A stretch of 64,000 nucleotides of DNA from an uncultured beta proteobacterium (lineage in GTDB: Bacteria; Pseudomonadota; Gammaproteobacteria; Burkholderiales; SG8-39). The position numbers were made by a program, and so were the translations under genes. This document shows, one piece after another, positions 35,205 through 44,528 of the stretch (position 1 is its first letter; every line of letters begins with the position of its first letter). The notes under the pieces were generated by a model. It searched no databases. It worked only from the letters and a program-made list of their open reading frames with translations, and was not told the DNA's origin. Location of the stretch: assembly GCA_903928055.1 (NCBI GenBank), contig CAIYPG010000113.1:128850-192849 (forward strand), given 5' to 3'.

Positions 35205-36470
35205 TCAGGCCGTCGGTGACGCTGACTGGTTCCAGGGCATCTTCGCCAGCACCAGTGCCATGGTGCAGGTGTCGCTGGCGCCGGAATAGAACAGCCCTGC
35301 GCCGATGAAAGCCGCGAGCGCATAGCCGGCCGGGTGCACGAGCGCACCGGCTGCGACGCCGAGCAGCGTCAGGCTGCCGGCGGCGATGCGCACCTGCCGT
35401 TCCATGGAAATGGCCTTGCGTTCACCCCTGACGACCGGAAGGCCGTCGGCCTGCCAGGCATTCGTGCCGCCATCGACATGCACGACGTGGCGGAATCCTG
35501 CGGCGCGCAGGCGCTCCGCGGCGAACTGGCTGCGTGTGCCGGTCTGGCAGATGCAGTAGATGGTTTCCTCTACGGGCACCACAGTCATCAGATTCGCGGC
35601 GACGAGCCGGTCAAGCGGAACGTTCATCGCGCCGGCAACACGAACAGTTTCGAATTCGGCTGGTGTGCGCACGTCGATCAGGCGGGCCTTGCCCTGATTG
35701 GCCGGCCATTCGGCGGCAAGCTGTCGCGCCGAGATGTTGTGCACGATGCTGGCAGCCGCTGCGGTGCTGAAGCTTTCCTGAAGCGCTGCAGCGCCACCGC
35801 CGGCAAGGTTGGCGGGCACCGCTTCGTGGATTTTCTTCGGCATGGGCAGGTTGAGCGTGTCCATGGTGTGGACGAACTCGGCTTCGCTTTTTCCGGCGAT
35901 GCGTGCATTGAACTGTTTCTCCTCGCCGATGCTGCTGACCCGCCGCCCCTTGTAATCGTGGCCCGGATAGACCAGCACCTGTTCGTCCAGCGTGAACAGC
36001 CTTGCGGTGATGCTGTGATACAGGGCCTGTGCGCTGCCGCCCTGGAAGTCGGTTCGCCCGCAGCCGCCGATCAGCAGCGTGTCGCCCGTGAACAAGCGGT
36101 CGCGCCACAGAAAGGACACGCTGCCCGGGGTATGGCCGGGCGTGGCGATGACCATGATTTCCTGGTGGCCGAACAGCACGACGTCGCCATCGGTGAGCAG
36201 GCGGTCATAGCCCTGGGCGTTGCAGTCGCGCGAGACCGCGGTCTGGGCATTCGTGGCTTGCCTGATGGCGAGCGCACCGGTGACGTGGTCGGCATGCACA
36301 TGGGTCTCGAGCGTCCAGCGCAGCGACAGCCCGAGCTCGCGCAGCAGCGCGAGGTCGCGTGACGCCTGCTCCATCACGGGGTCGATCAGCACGGCCTCGT
36401 GCGTGGCGTCGTCCGCAATCAGGTAGGTGTAGGTGGACGATTCGGGATCGAACAGCTGCCGGAATGCCAT
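35205..36470 (-). CDS. Persulfide dioxygenase (ETHE1-like MBL fold) - rhodanese - DUF2892/YgaP-like membrane tail fusion protein
   Basis: Trimmed to 'MAFRQLFDPESSTYTYLIADDATHEAVLIDPV'. MBL motif 'ETHVHADHVTG'. Rhodanese active-site loop 'IYCICQTGTRS'. C-terminal hydrophobic tail 'RIAAGSLTLLGVAAGALVHPAGYALAAFIGAGLFYSGASDTCTMALVLAKMPWN'. Confidence 0.8.
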   Translation of the reverse strand: MAFRQLFDPESSTYTYLIADDATHEAVLIDPVMEQASRDLALLRELGLSLRWTLETHVHADHVTGALAIRQATNAQTAVSRDCNAQGYDRLLTDGDVVLFGHQEIMVIATPGHTPGSVSFLWRDRLFTGDTLLIGGCGRTDFQGGSAQALYHSITARLFTLDEQVLVYPGHDYKGRRVSSIGEEKQFNARIAGKSEAEFVHTMDTLNLPMPKKIHEAVPANLAGGGAAALQESFSTAAAASIVHNISARQLAAEWPANQGKARLIDVRTPAEFETVRVAGAMNVPLDRLVAANLMTVVPVEETIYCICQTGTRSQFAAERLRAAGFRHVVHVDGGTNAWQADGLPVVRGERKAISMERQVRIAAGSLTLLGVAAGALVHPAGYALAAFIGAGLFYSGASDTCTMALVLAKMPWNQSASPTA

Positions 36471-36516
36471 GGTGGTTTCCTGTTGTGTCCGTTCTGCTGT
36501 CTGTATGAAATGCGGG

Positions 36517-37488
36517 CTACAGCAATGCGTCGGCCATCCGCGTTCGCGCAATCTGCTGCGCTTCGGCGACCATGCGATCAAGCAGTTCCTTGCAGCTTGG
36601 AATGTCCTTGATCAGTCCGAGAACAGGGCCGGAACTGAAGGCTGCATATTGCGGATCGCCATTCTCGTAGCCGACGCGGTTGCGCTCGCCGCTTACGAGG
36701 TGGCCGAATTCCGGATACCCTGCACCGGGCTGCTTTTCGATCTCGAGTATCTCGAGTGAGGCCTTGTTCCGGAACACGCGCCGCGGGCGGTTGATGGATT
36801 TCATGATGTGCACCGAGCCGCGCTCATCTGCGTCCAGCAGCGCCTGCTTGAAGGCCTCCGGAATGGGCGCCTCCTTCGTTGCCATGAAGCGCGTACCCAT
36901 GTTGATGCCGTCGGCACCGAGCGCCAGCGCCGCGGCCAGGCTGCGGCCGTCGCCCATTCCGCCCGATGCAAGCAGTGGCACCTTGATGTGGTCTGCGGCG
37001 CAGGGGATGAGCACCATGTTGCCCACTTCATCCCGGCCTGGACTGCCCGCGCATTCCCATCCGTCCATGCTGATCACGTCGCAGCCCAGCTTCTCGGCGG
37101 ATACACCGTGGCGAACCGCAGTGCATTTGTGGATGATCGTGACGCCGGCCTTCTTGAAAATGGGGATGAAGCGTTCCGGATTGTTGCCCGCGGTCTCGAC
37201 GATCTTCACGCCGCTGGCGGCAATGGCCTCGGCATAGGCTTCATAGGGGACCTTGTTCGGGCGCGGCGTGAAGGTGAGGTTCACGCCGAAGGGTTTGTCG
37301 GTCATGCCGCGGCAGCGTTCGATTTCCTTCAGCAGCGCTTCGGGGCTGGGCTGGGTGAGTGCCGTGACTAGTCCGAGCCCTCCGGCATTGGAGACAGCCG
37401 AGGCCATCTCGGCGCGGCCTATCCAGGCCATGCCGCCGCAGACGATCGGATACTTGATGCCCAGCAATTCAGTGATGCGTGTCTTCAT
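36517..37488 (-). CDS. Nitronate monooxygenase / NAD(P)H-dependent flavin oxidoreductase (NMO family)
   Basis: 323 aa. 'MKTRITELLGIKYPIVCGGMAWIGRAEMASAVSNAGGLGLV', a TIM-barrel FMN enzyme signature. Confidence 0.8.
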   Translation of the reverse strand: MKTRITELLGIKYPIVCGGMAWIGRAEMASAVSNAGGLGLVTALTQPSPEALLKEIERCRGMTDKPFGVNLTFTPRPNKVPYEAYAEAIAASGVKIVETAGNNPERFIPIFKKAGVTIIHKCTAVRHGVSAEKLGCDVISMDGWECAGSPGRDEVGNMVLIPCAADHIKVPLLASGGMGDGRSLAAALALGADGINMGTRFMATKEAPIPEAFKQALLDADERGSVHIMKSINRPRRVFRNKASLEILEIEKQPGAGYPEFGHLVSGERNRVGYENGDPQYAAFSSGPVLGLIKDIPSCKELLDRMVAEAQQIARTRMADALL

Positions 37489-37508
37489 GTTCTGCCCTGG
37501 TAGTCTGC

Positions 37509-38312
37509 TCAGTAATAAATGGCTTTTCCGGAGCCGCCGCCTGCGGCGATAACATCGCCGTTGATCGCGATCGATCGGGGCGAGGCCAGGAAGGCGACGA
37601 TGTAGGCGACTTCGCTGGCATCAACCAGGTGCTTGATGGAGTTGCCGTCGGCCATGCGTTTTTCAATCACCGCTTCGGCCAGACCTTCCTTCTGCGCCAG
37701 TTCGGTGATGCGTGGTGCGGTGCGTTCGGTGCGTGTCGTCCCGGGATGGACCACCGTGACGTTGATCCCGCAGGGTCCCAGTTCATCGGCGAGGTTCTTG
37801 GTCATGGCTGCCACCGATACGTTGCGCATGCTGCCCACGACGTTGCCCGTGCCGCGTGCGGCAAGCCCGCTGATGTTGATGATGCGGCCCCAGCCCTGTT
37901 CCTTCATGTGGGGCGCGACGGCCTGGGCGCAGCGGATGTAGCCCATGACCTTGGTATTCATTTCACCGTGGAAATATTCTGCGGTCAGGCCGGCGAGTTT
38001 TGGCGTTGGCACCGAGCCGCCGGGCTGTGCCGCGGCATTGACCAGGATATCGATGCCGCCGCCAAGCTGTTTTACTGCGTCAGCGACCGCGGCCTTCACG
38101 CTGTCCTCGCGCGTGGTGTCCACCACAATGCCGACCACCTTTCGCCCGCTTTCCTTCGAGAGCTCAGCCGCGGCGGAAGTCAGGCGCTCGATGTCGCGTG
38201 CCAGGATGGCGACATCCACGCCCTCGCGTGCCAGCTCACGCGCAATTGCCTTGCCGATGCCGCGGCTGCCGCCGGTGACCAGGGCTCTCTTTCCTTTCAA
38301 CTGCAGATCCAT
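37509..38312 (-). CDS. SDR family oxidoreductase (divergent active site)
   Basis: Trimmed to 'MDLQLKGKRALVTGGSRGIGKAIARELA' (AAGGAGAGG upstream). 'GSMRN' sits where YxxxK is expected. Confidence 0.8.
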   Translation of the reverse strand: MDLQLKGKRALVTGGSRGIGKAIARELAREGVDVAILARDIERLTSAAAELSKESGRKVVGIVVDTTREDSVKAAVADAVKQLGGGIDILVNAAAQPGGSVPTPKLAGLTAEYFHGEMNTKVMGYIRCAQAVAPHMKEQGWGRIINISGLAARGTGNVVGSMRNVSVAAMTKNLADELGPCGINVTVVHPGTTRTERTAPRITELAQKEGLAEAVIEKRMADGNSIKHLVDASEVAYIVAFLASPRSIAINGDVIAAGGGSGKAIYY

Positions 38313-38557
38313 GCTGTCCTCTCCTTTGTTGTTGTGTGTCGCGTCAATGACGCGCGGCCGTAACTGGCATTTGTCCGTCACATGTCCGGATGATAAGGCA
38401 ACGCTTCCCCACCCGGTACGGCTGGACGAAAGCCATTGTGTGATCCCGGTTGCGTACAGGCTGACGTGGGCTGCAAAACAGGACGGGCCGCACACCTGAA
38501 GGCGTACGGCCCGTCTTGCCTTTGTTACTCGGCGGCGCCGGGATTACGCGTCGCCGA

Positions 38558-39559
38558 TTATTCCGGCTTGATGTTCGCCACCTTGATGACTTTGGTCCAC
38601 TTGGTCGTTTCCTCGTGGATGAACTCCTGGAACTGCTTGACCGTACCGCCGGCCGATTCGGATCCGTCATTCTTCAGACGCGTTTGTACGTCGGTGGAGG
38701 CCAGGGCCTTGTTGGCATCGGCATTGATCTTGTTAATAATGGCCGCAGGGGTCTTGGCTGGCGCGCTTATGCCGTTCCAGGCCACCGAGGAATAGCCCTT
38801 CAGTCCGGCTTCGTCCATGGTGGGTACGTCGGGCAGGGCGCTGACGCGCTTCAGGCCGCTGGCCCCTAGTGCGCGCAGCTTGCCGGCCTGGATCAGACTG
38901 AGCACGGAGGTGGTGCCGTTGAACACAAAATCGACGCGACCGCCCATCAGATCAGTCAATGCCGGTGCGTTGCCCTTGTAGGGGATGTGCTGGGTCTGGA
39001 CGTTGCCAAGCATATTTAGCAACTCAATCGAAAGATGCCCCGCGCCGCCGACGCCGGAGGAGCCGGCATTCATCGTGCCGTTCTTGGCTTTGGCCAGCGC
39101 CAGCAACTCACTCACCGACTTCGCCGGCAGGCTGGGATTGACCACCAGTATCAGCGGCGAGGTATTGATCAGCATGATATGTGAGAAATCCTTGAGCGAG
39201 TCATAGGGCAGCTTTCCCTCGAATAGCGCGGGATTGATGGCGAAGGCAGCTGTCGATATCGCAAGAACATAGCCGTCCGGCGTTCCTTTGGCCACGATAT
39301 CGGTGCCGATGATGGTGGCTCCGCCGCCGCGGTTGTCCACGAGCACCGATTGACCCCAGATCTCCTGCAGTTGCTGGGCCATGCTGCGGCCGATGATGTC
39401 GGTACTGCCACCTGCGACATAAGGCACCACCAGGCGCACGGGGCGGGTCGGAAAGGTCTGGGCAAATGCGCTGCCGGAAATCAGTGTCGGCACTACGGTG
39501 GTCAGCGCCATGGCCAGTGCGCCTGCAACAGCGGGAATGGACAGTCTTGAAAATTTCAT
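38558..39559 (-). CDS. Bug family substrate-binding protein (TctC-like)
   Basis: Trimmed to 'MKFSRLSIPAVAGALAMALTTVVPTLISGSAFAQ' (GGAGGA upstream). Hallmark 'FPTRPVRLVVPYVAGGSTD'. Confidence 0.85.
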   Translation of the reverse strand: MKFSRLSIPAVAGALAMALTTVVPTLISGSAFAQTFPTRPVRLVVPYVAGGSTDIIGRSMAQQLQEIWGQSVLVDNRGGGATIIGTDIVAKGTPDGYVLAISTAAFAINPALFEGKLPYDSLKDFSHIMLINTSPLILVVNPSLPAKSVSELLALAKAKNGTMNAGSSGVGGAGHLSIELLNMLGNVQTQHIPYKGNAPALTDLMGGRVDFVFNGTTSVLSLIQAGKLRALGASGLKRVSALPDVPTMDEAGLKGYSSVAWNGISAPAKTPAAIINKINADANKALASTDVQTRLKNDGSESAGGTVKQFQEFIHEETTKWTKVIKVANIKPE

Positions 39560-39754
39560 CGGATCCTCCAAGTGAATCTTTTATTGACAGTTGCCTGACG
39601 GAAGGCAGACGCCTTTTTACACCTTTTTTGCCGGGCGCGGCGTGAGGGGGACTGACTCCGCTTGGCGGTAGGCAAAATGCAACGGGCCGCACACTGGTGT
39701 GCGGCCCGCGTGGCATCGAGGGCGAATGCGCCCACTAAAGGTGACTGCCGCGAC

Positions 39755-40759
39755 TTATTCCACCGTGATTTTTGCGTTCGCCACGACGCGGCGCCAGCGC
39801 GGTACTTCTGCGGCGATCAACTGGCGGAACTCCTCCGGCGTGCTGCCCACCGGTTCGCCGCCATCGGCTGCAAGTTGCTCGGCGATCTGCGGCGATTTCA
39901 CCACCCTGGCCAGTTCCACGGACATCTTGGTGATGATGCCGCTGGGGGTGCCCGCGGGAGCCGCCCAGCCATGCCAGGTGTTGAGGTTGTAGTCGGGGAA
40001 GCCCGATTCGGCGATGGTGGGGAGGTCGGGCAGCACCGCCGAGCGCTTGTTCATGCTGGTGGCAAGGGCGCGCATCTTGCCGCTCTTCACATGTGGCAGC
40101 GTGGACAACACATTGCCGAATGTGGAATTGACCTGTCCTGCCATCAGGTCAATCAGCACCGGTCCGGTGCCCTTGTAGGGAATGATCGCCACTTCAACCT
40201 TTGCCGAATCGGCCAGCCATGCCATGGCAAGGTGGGTGAAGCTGCCCGCGCCACCGACACCGGCGTTCATCTTGCCCGGATTGGCTTTCGCATAGGCGAT
40301 CCATTCCTTGACGGACTTCACCGGCAGCGACGGATTCACGAGTAGGAGGTAGGGCGCCTGCGTGACGTTGGAGATCGGCGCGAAATCCTTGACCGGGTCA
40401 TAGCCGAGGTTCTTGTACAGCGCCGGCGAGAACGTGAAACTGGGTGTGACTGCAAGCAGTGTGTAGCCGTCAGGCGCGGATTTGGCGACGAAGGAAAATC
40501 CGATGGTGTTGCCCGCACCGGTGCGATTGTCGACCAGGAACTGGCGGCCGAGGTTCTCGCTCAGCTTGGTGGAGAACATGCGTGCCTGGATGTCGGTCCC
40601 GCCGCCCGGTGCCTGTGCCACCACCACCCGCACCGGCCTGGCGGGATAGTCACCTGCATCCTGTGCCTGGACCGGCGTTGCGATCAACGCGGCCAGCGCC
40701 AGTGCAGCCAGACGGGATGACGCGGCACCTGCCTGTGCCAGTGTATGGCGTGCATTCAT
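39755..40759 (-). CDS. Bug family substrate-binding protein (TctC-like)
   Basis: Trimmed to 'MNARHTLAQAGAASSRLAALALAALIATPVQAQ' (AAAGGAGAA upstream). Hallmark 'YPARPVRVVVAQAPGGGTD'. Confidence 0.85.
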   Translation of the reverse strand: MNARHTLAQAGAASSRLAALALAALIATPVQAQDAGDYPARPVRVVVAQAPGGGTDIQARMFSTKLSENLGRQFLVDNRTGAGNTIGFSFVAKSAPDGYTLLAVTPSFTFSPALYKNLGYDPVKDFAPISNVTQAPYLLLVNPSLPVKSVKEWIAYAKANPGKMNAGVGGAGSFTHLAMAWLADSAKVEVAIIPYKGTGPVLIDLMAGQVNSTFGNVLSTLPHVKSGKMRALATSMNKRSAVLPDLPTIAESGFPDYNLNTWHGWAAPAGTPSGIITKMSVELARVVKSPQIAEQLAADGGEPVGSTPEEFRQLIAAEVPRWRRVVANAKITVE

Positions 40760-41132
40760 GTTTTCTCCTTTTAGCCGTGCCACTGATGTGGCGCGGTGCG
40801 ATATGTCGTCGTTGAATCAGGGTTCCGCTCAGCCGTTTTGAGCCGGCTTCATGCAGAACTGTGAAGGGCATCGCCGAATGCGCGATGCCGTTTCGAACGG
40901 ATGTTGCAGGGAAATGATTATCACTGAATCACGGCCGCAGGGATATTCACATGAATGCAATGCTGTTTTGTATTGAACGCAAGATGGGGTTCGCCCAAGG
41001 CGCATGGCGTGCATGACGATCGGATGCGGCCGCCCGCAACGGCGTCGCGTGAATGTCCAGCGTAATGTCGTGGGGAGTTCGGTGATCAAGCGCGCGGTGG
41101 CGGGAAACCGCTGCCGCGGTGGGGTGGCCTGC

Positions 41133-41759
41133 CTAGATGGTATTCGCCGAACGTTCGGAACGGCCCACCAGTTCTTCCCACAGGCCTTCGGTTTTTTTCT
41201 GCACTGCCATGCTTGCATCGGGGGCAAGTTCATACCACAGCCCGCGTCGCAGTTCATCGTCCAGTTCGCCCGGGCGCCACACCACCATTCCGGCGAGGAA
41301 GCGGGCGTGGTCGGATTCGGATTCGATGATGCGGTCCACTGTGTCGCTCTGGATGGCGAGGAACAGGCCGGGGCCGATCGGAATCGAGCCTTCACCCGGG
41401 CTGTCCTTGCGCTCGACCAGCGCGAAGATCAGGTCGGTGCCGACCGGACCGCCGAGAAATACCGGATCGGGCACTTTCAGCGACGGCTGATGGTCCGGGA
41501 ACACCTGGCCGAGCGTGATTTTCGTGGGCTTGTTGATGATGAAACCCACCGAACTTCCGTCAGGCATGGATTTGGCGACGAGTATCGAGGCGCCATAGAG
41601 CGCATCCTGCAATTCGGGGCGCGCTACCAGCAGTACGGTTTCTTCGGATTCGAGGTCCGGTTTGGCGTCCGCGTCGGCGGCCTTCACTGGCGCGATCCAG
41701 GCCAGTGCAGCGACCAAGAGGAAGACGGCTTCCAGGCGAAGCCTGTACTGTCTGAGCAT
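41133..41759 (-). CDS. YqgE/AlgH (DUF179) family protein with N-terminal signal-like sequence
   Basis: Trimmed to 'MLRQYRLRLEAVFLLVAALAWIAPVKA' (AAGGAGA upstream). Family blocks 'GSSVGFIINKP', 'VFLGGPV' and 'ARFLAGMVVWRPGELDDELRRGLW'. Confidence 0.7.
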   Translation of the reverse strand: MLRQYRLRLEAVFLLVAALAWIAPVKAADADAKPDLESEETVLLVARPELQDALYGASILVAKSMPDGSSVGFIINKPTKITLGQVFPDHQPSLKVPDPVFLGGPVGTDLIFALVERKDSPGEGSIPIGPGLFLAIQSDTVDRIIESESDHARFLAGMVVWRPGELDDELRRGLWYELAPDASMAVQKKTEGLWEELVGRSERSANTI

Positions 41760-42037
41760 GACAATCTCCTTGAACAAAGTGCTGCAGCCCCACTTTGCCG
41801 CACCGGAGCGCGGTATATCCTCTTGGAAAGATGACGCAACAAGCATGCCCAAAGTTCCCTGCAGTTTTCTTCATATGTATCAGGCATGCGTTGCCGGCGC
41901 GCGTGAACCGGGTGCCTTTTCCAGGGCGGCATTGGTGCACTTTTCAAAAGGACTGGCCGCCATGGGGCGTAAAGCAGGGCATGCCGGCGCAGCGCGGGGC
42001 AAGACTACAATGCGTGCTTTGCCGATTCCACCCGATC

Positions 42038-42811
42038 ATGTCCAGAATCAGCCGCGCGCTGTATTTCGCCTTTGTCAGCCTGCTGCACCCGAAAATGCTG
42101 GCGCTCATGCTGCTGCCGGTGGCTGCAGCCTTCGCGCTCTGGATGCTGGCTGCGTTCGTGTTCTGGGGGCAGGCGCTGGCCTGGGTTGATGCGCAGATGC
42201 ACAGCTGGGATGCCCTGCAGTGGTTGCTGGATTACTGGCCGCTGACACTGCTCGCGGCACATGCCGCGGTGCTCGGTCTCGCGCTGCTGATGGTGCCGGT
42301 GATCCTCGTGACGGTGTTGCTGCTGACCGGCATCTTCGCCATGCCGGCAATGGTGTCACATGTCGGGGCGCGTAATTATGCGCAACTCGAGAAGCGCCGC
42401 GGCGGCAACTTCGCAGGCAGCGTGTGGAGCGGTATTGCCGGGATGCTCTGGTTCCTGCTGCTGGTGTTGGTAACGGCGCCGCTATGGCTGCTGCCACCGC
42501 TTTGGCCATTCGTATCGCTCGGGTTGCTCGGCTATCTGAACCAGCGCGTGCTGCGCTACGATGCGCTTGCCGATCACGGCACCGCAGAGGAGATCGCGCA
42601 GATCGTGCGGGAGGACCGCTGGGCGCTGTTCTGGCTCGGCATAGTCGTGGCGCTGGCCGCACATGTGCCGTTGCTCGGGTTCTTTGCTCCCGTGTATGGC
42701 GGGCTGGCATTCATACACTACGGACTTGCCCGCCTGCGCGAGCTGCGTACCGCGCCGATCGACGGACGGGCGACGCGTGTCTTTGAAAACGGAAGGGAGT
42801 TGTTACGATGA
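42038..42811 (+). CDS. EI24/CysZ-like integral membrane protein
   Basis: Trimmed to 'MSRISRALYFAFVSLLHPKMLALMLLPVAAAFALW...'. Several TM helices. The family call is from memory of EI24-domain proteins. Confidence 0.55.
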   Translation: MSRISRALYFAFVSLLHPKMLALMLLPVAAAFALWMLAAFVFWGQALAWVDAQMHSWDALQWLLDYWPLTLLAAHAAVLGLALLMVPVILVTVLLLTGIFAMPAMVSHVGARNYAQLEKRRGGNFAGSVWSGIAGMLWFLLLVLVTAPLWLLPPLWPFVSLGLLGYLNQRVLRYDALADHGTAEEIAQIVREDRWALFWLGIVVALAAHVPLLGFFAPVYGGLAFIHYGLARLRELRTAPIDGRATRVFENGRELLR

Positions 42812-43560
42812 TAGGTGCACTGATCATCGGCGATGAAATCACGCGTGGCCGGCGCCAGGACAAGCATTTCGCGAAGTTGATTGAAATCCTGAAGGCTCGC
42901 GGCATGCATCTGGACTGGGCGCAATACCTTGGCGATGATCCGGGGCTGATCACGACTACGCTGAAGCGCACGTTTGCATCGGGCGACATCGTGTTCAGCT
43001 TTGGCGGCATCGGCTCGACGCCGGATGACCATACGCGCAAGTGCGCGGCCGACGCGGCCGGTGCGCCGCTGCAACTGCATGCCGATGCTGAAGCGGAGAT
43101 CCGCGCGCGTTTCGGCACGGAAATCACGCCGCAGCGCCTGAAGATGGGCGAGTTTCCGCGCGGCTCGGTAATCATCCCCAATCCGCACAATCGCATTCCC
43201 GGATTCACCTACGGGGAGCACCACTTCGTGCCCGGATTTCCCATCATGGCCTGGCCCATGGTGGAGTGGGTGCTCGACACGCGCTACAGGCACCTGTTCA
43301 ACGCGGTGCCCGAGGCGGTGGATTCGGTCTTTGTCTACGGACTTGCCGAGAGCAACATCACGCCGCTGATGCTGGAGGTGGAGGCGCGCTTCGCCGGGCT
43401 CAAGAGTTTCAGCCTGCCCACGATTGCGAAGGATGGCTCGCGCGGCCACATCGAACTCGGTGTGCGTGCGGCGCCCGATGATGTCGCGCCGGCCATGGAA
43501 ATACTCAAGGCGGGCGTACTCACGCTGGGCGGAACCTGGAACCCGCGTCCCCTGCAATAA
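42808..43560 (+). CDS. CinA-N-like molybdopterin-binding (MoCF_biosynth) domain protein
   Basis: 250 aa. 'MIGALIIGDEITRGRRQDKHFAKLIEIL...IVFSFGGIGSTPDDHTR'. Its ATG overlaps the upstream stop (ATGA). Confidence 0.7.
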   Translation: MIGALIIGDEITRGRRQDKHFAKLIEILKARGMHLDWAQYLGDDPGLITTTLKRTFASGDIVFSFGGIGSTPDDHTRKCAADAAGAPLQLHADAEAEIRARFGTEITPQRLKMGEFPRGSVIIPNPHNRIPGFTYGEHHFVPGFPIMAWPMVEWVLDTRYRHLFNAVPEAVDSVFVYGLAESNITPLMLEVEARFAGLKSFSLPTIAKDGSRGHIELGVRAAPDDVAPAMEILKAGVLTLGGTWNPRPLQ

Positions 43561-43581
43561 GCCGGACCGGACTCCGGAAAG

Positions 43582-43609
43582 AAAAAAGCCCCGGCAAGAG
43601 CCGGGGCTT
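43582..43609 (-). terminator. Intrinsic terminator of the phasin gene (AAGCCCCGGC-aaga-GCCGGGGCTT)
   Basis: 10-bp stem. An A6 run on the plus strand gives a T6 run after the hairpin on the minus strand. Lies about 80 nt downstream of the phasin stop. Confidence 0.65.
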
Positions 43610-43689
43610 CCCAAAATGCGCCTGCGGAAAGGAGGAGGAGGAGAACCGCGGGCGCGCACTACATGGGCAAGGGTTACTGCTGCAATTCT

Positions 43690-44226
43690 TTAAGCGGCCT
43701 TCTTCTTGGCTTCCTTGGCTACCGTGGTCGCGGCGGCGAAGTTGGCTTCGGCCAGTTCGGTCGCCTGCTTGGCAACCTTGGTCATGCTGTCATATGCGGA
43801 GTTTGCTGCGGCCAATGCTGATTTAACGGCAGCGATGGCGACATCTGAACCCCCGGGTGCGTTCTTTGCGGCCTTGTCGAGCATGGAGACCACGCTCTTG
43901 TTCAGTTCACCGGCCTGCGACTCAACCATCTTCGTGACTTCGGTCTGCGACTGGGTCGCGACGTCGTACACGTTGCGCGAGTAGGCGATGACCTTCTCGA
44001 GCGCGGGCTGGGCAACGGCGGCATTGACGTTCATGAATTCCTGGACGTCCTTGGCGTTCAGCAGTGCCTTGGTGTGGGCAACGCTGTCTTCGAAGGCCGA
44101 CTTGGTCGCGTTGAAGGTAAGCGCGGAGAGGCGTTCGAAAGCGGCAAACTGGGTATGCGCAAGGCCGATCAGCGCCTCAACACCCGCCTTGTTTGTAGCA
44201 ACCACTTGATCCGGTGTTACGTACAT
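43690..44226 (-). CDS. phaP: Phasin family protein (PHA granule-associated)
   Basis: 178 aa. Ala-rich helical protein: 'VATNKAGVEALIGLAHTQFAAFERLSALTFNATKSAFEDSVAHTKALLNAKDVQEF'. AAGGAG upstream. Confidence 0.8.
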   Translation of the reverse strand: MYVTPDQVVATNKAGVEALIGLAHTQFAAFERLSALTFNATKSAFEDSVAHTKALLNAKDVQEFMNVNAAVAQPALEKVIAYSRNVYDVATQSQTEVTKMVESQAGELNKSVVSMLDKAAKNAPGGSDVAIAAVKSALAAANSAYDSMTKVAKQATELAEANFAAATTVAKEAKKKAA

Positions 44227-44528
44227 GTCTGGCTCCTTGATGGTGGAATAACGTCTAATCTGTCTGTGCTGCAGGTTCTTTGTTGAGCTGCTTATCGGGG
44301 CGATTTATTGCGCCGCAACAATTCAAATTCTACAGCCAAAAATAGCCGTGTCAAGAATTTTTTGTTGCGTTGCAATATATTTTTTGGGTTGGACAGGAAA
44401 GCCATTGAAAAACAAAGATTTCTCACTCGTTATCGAAGTGGCACCCGAATCCGGCTTGTAGGTGGTCACTAACACTTAAGTCTTTGAATTGTTTAAAATG
44501 TCGGCTTTTGGAGCATTTTTCTCCGTTC

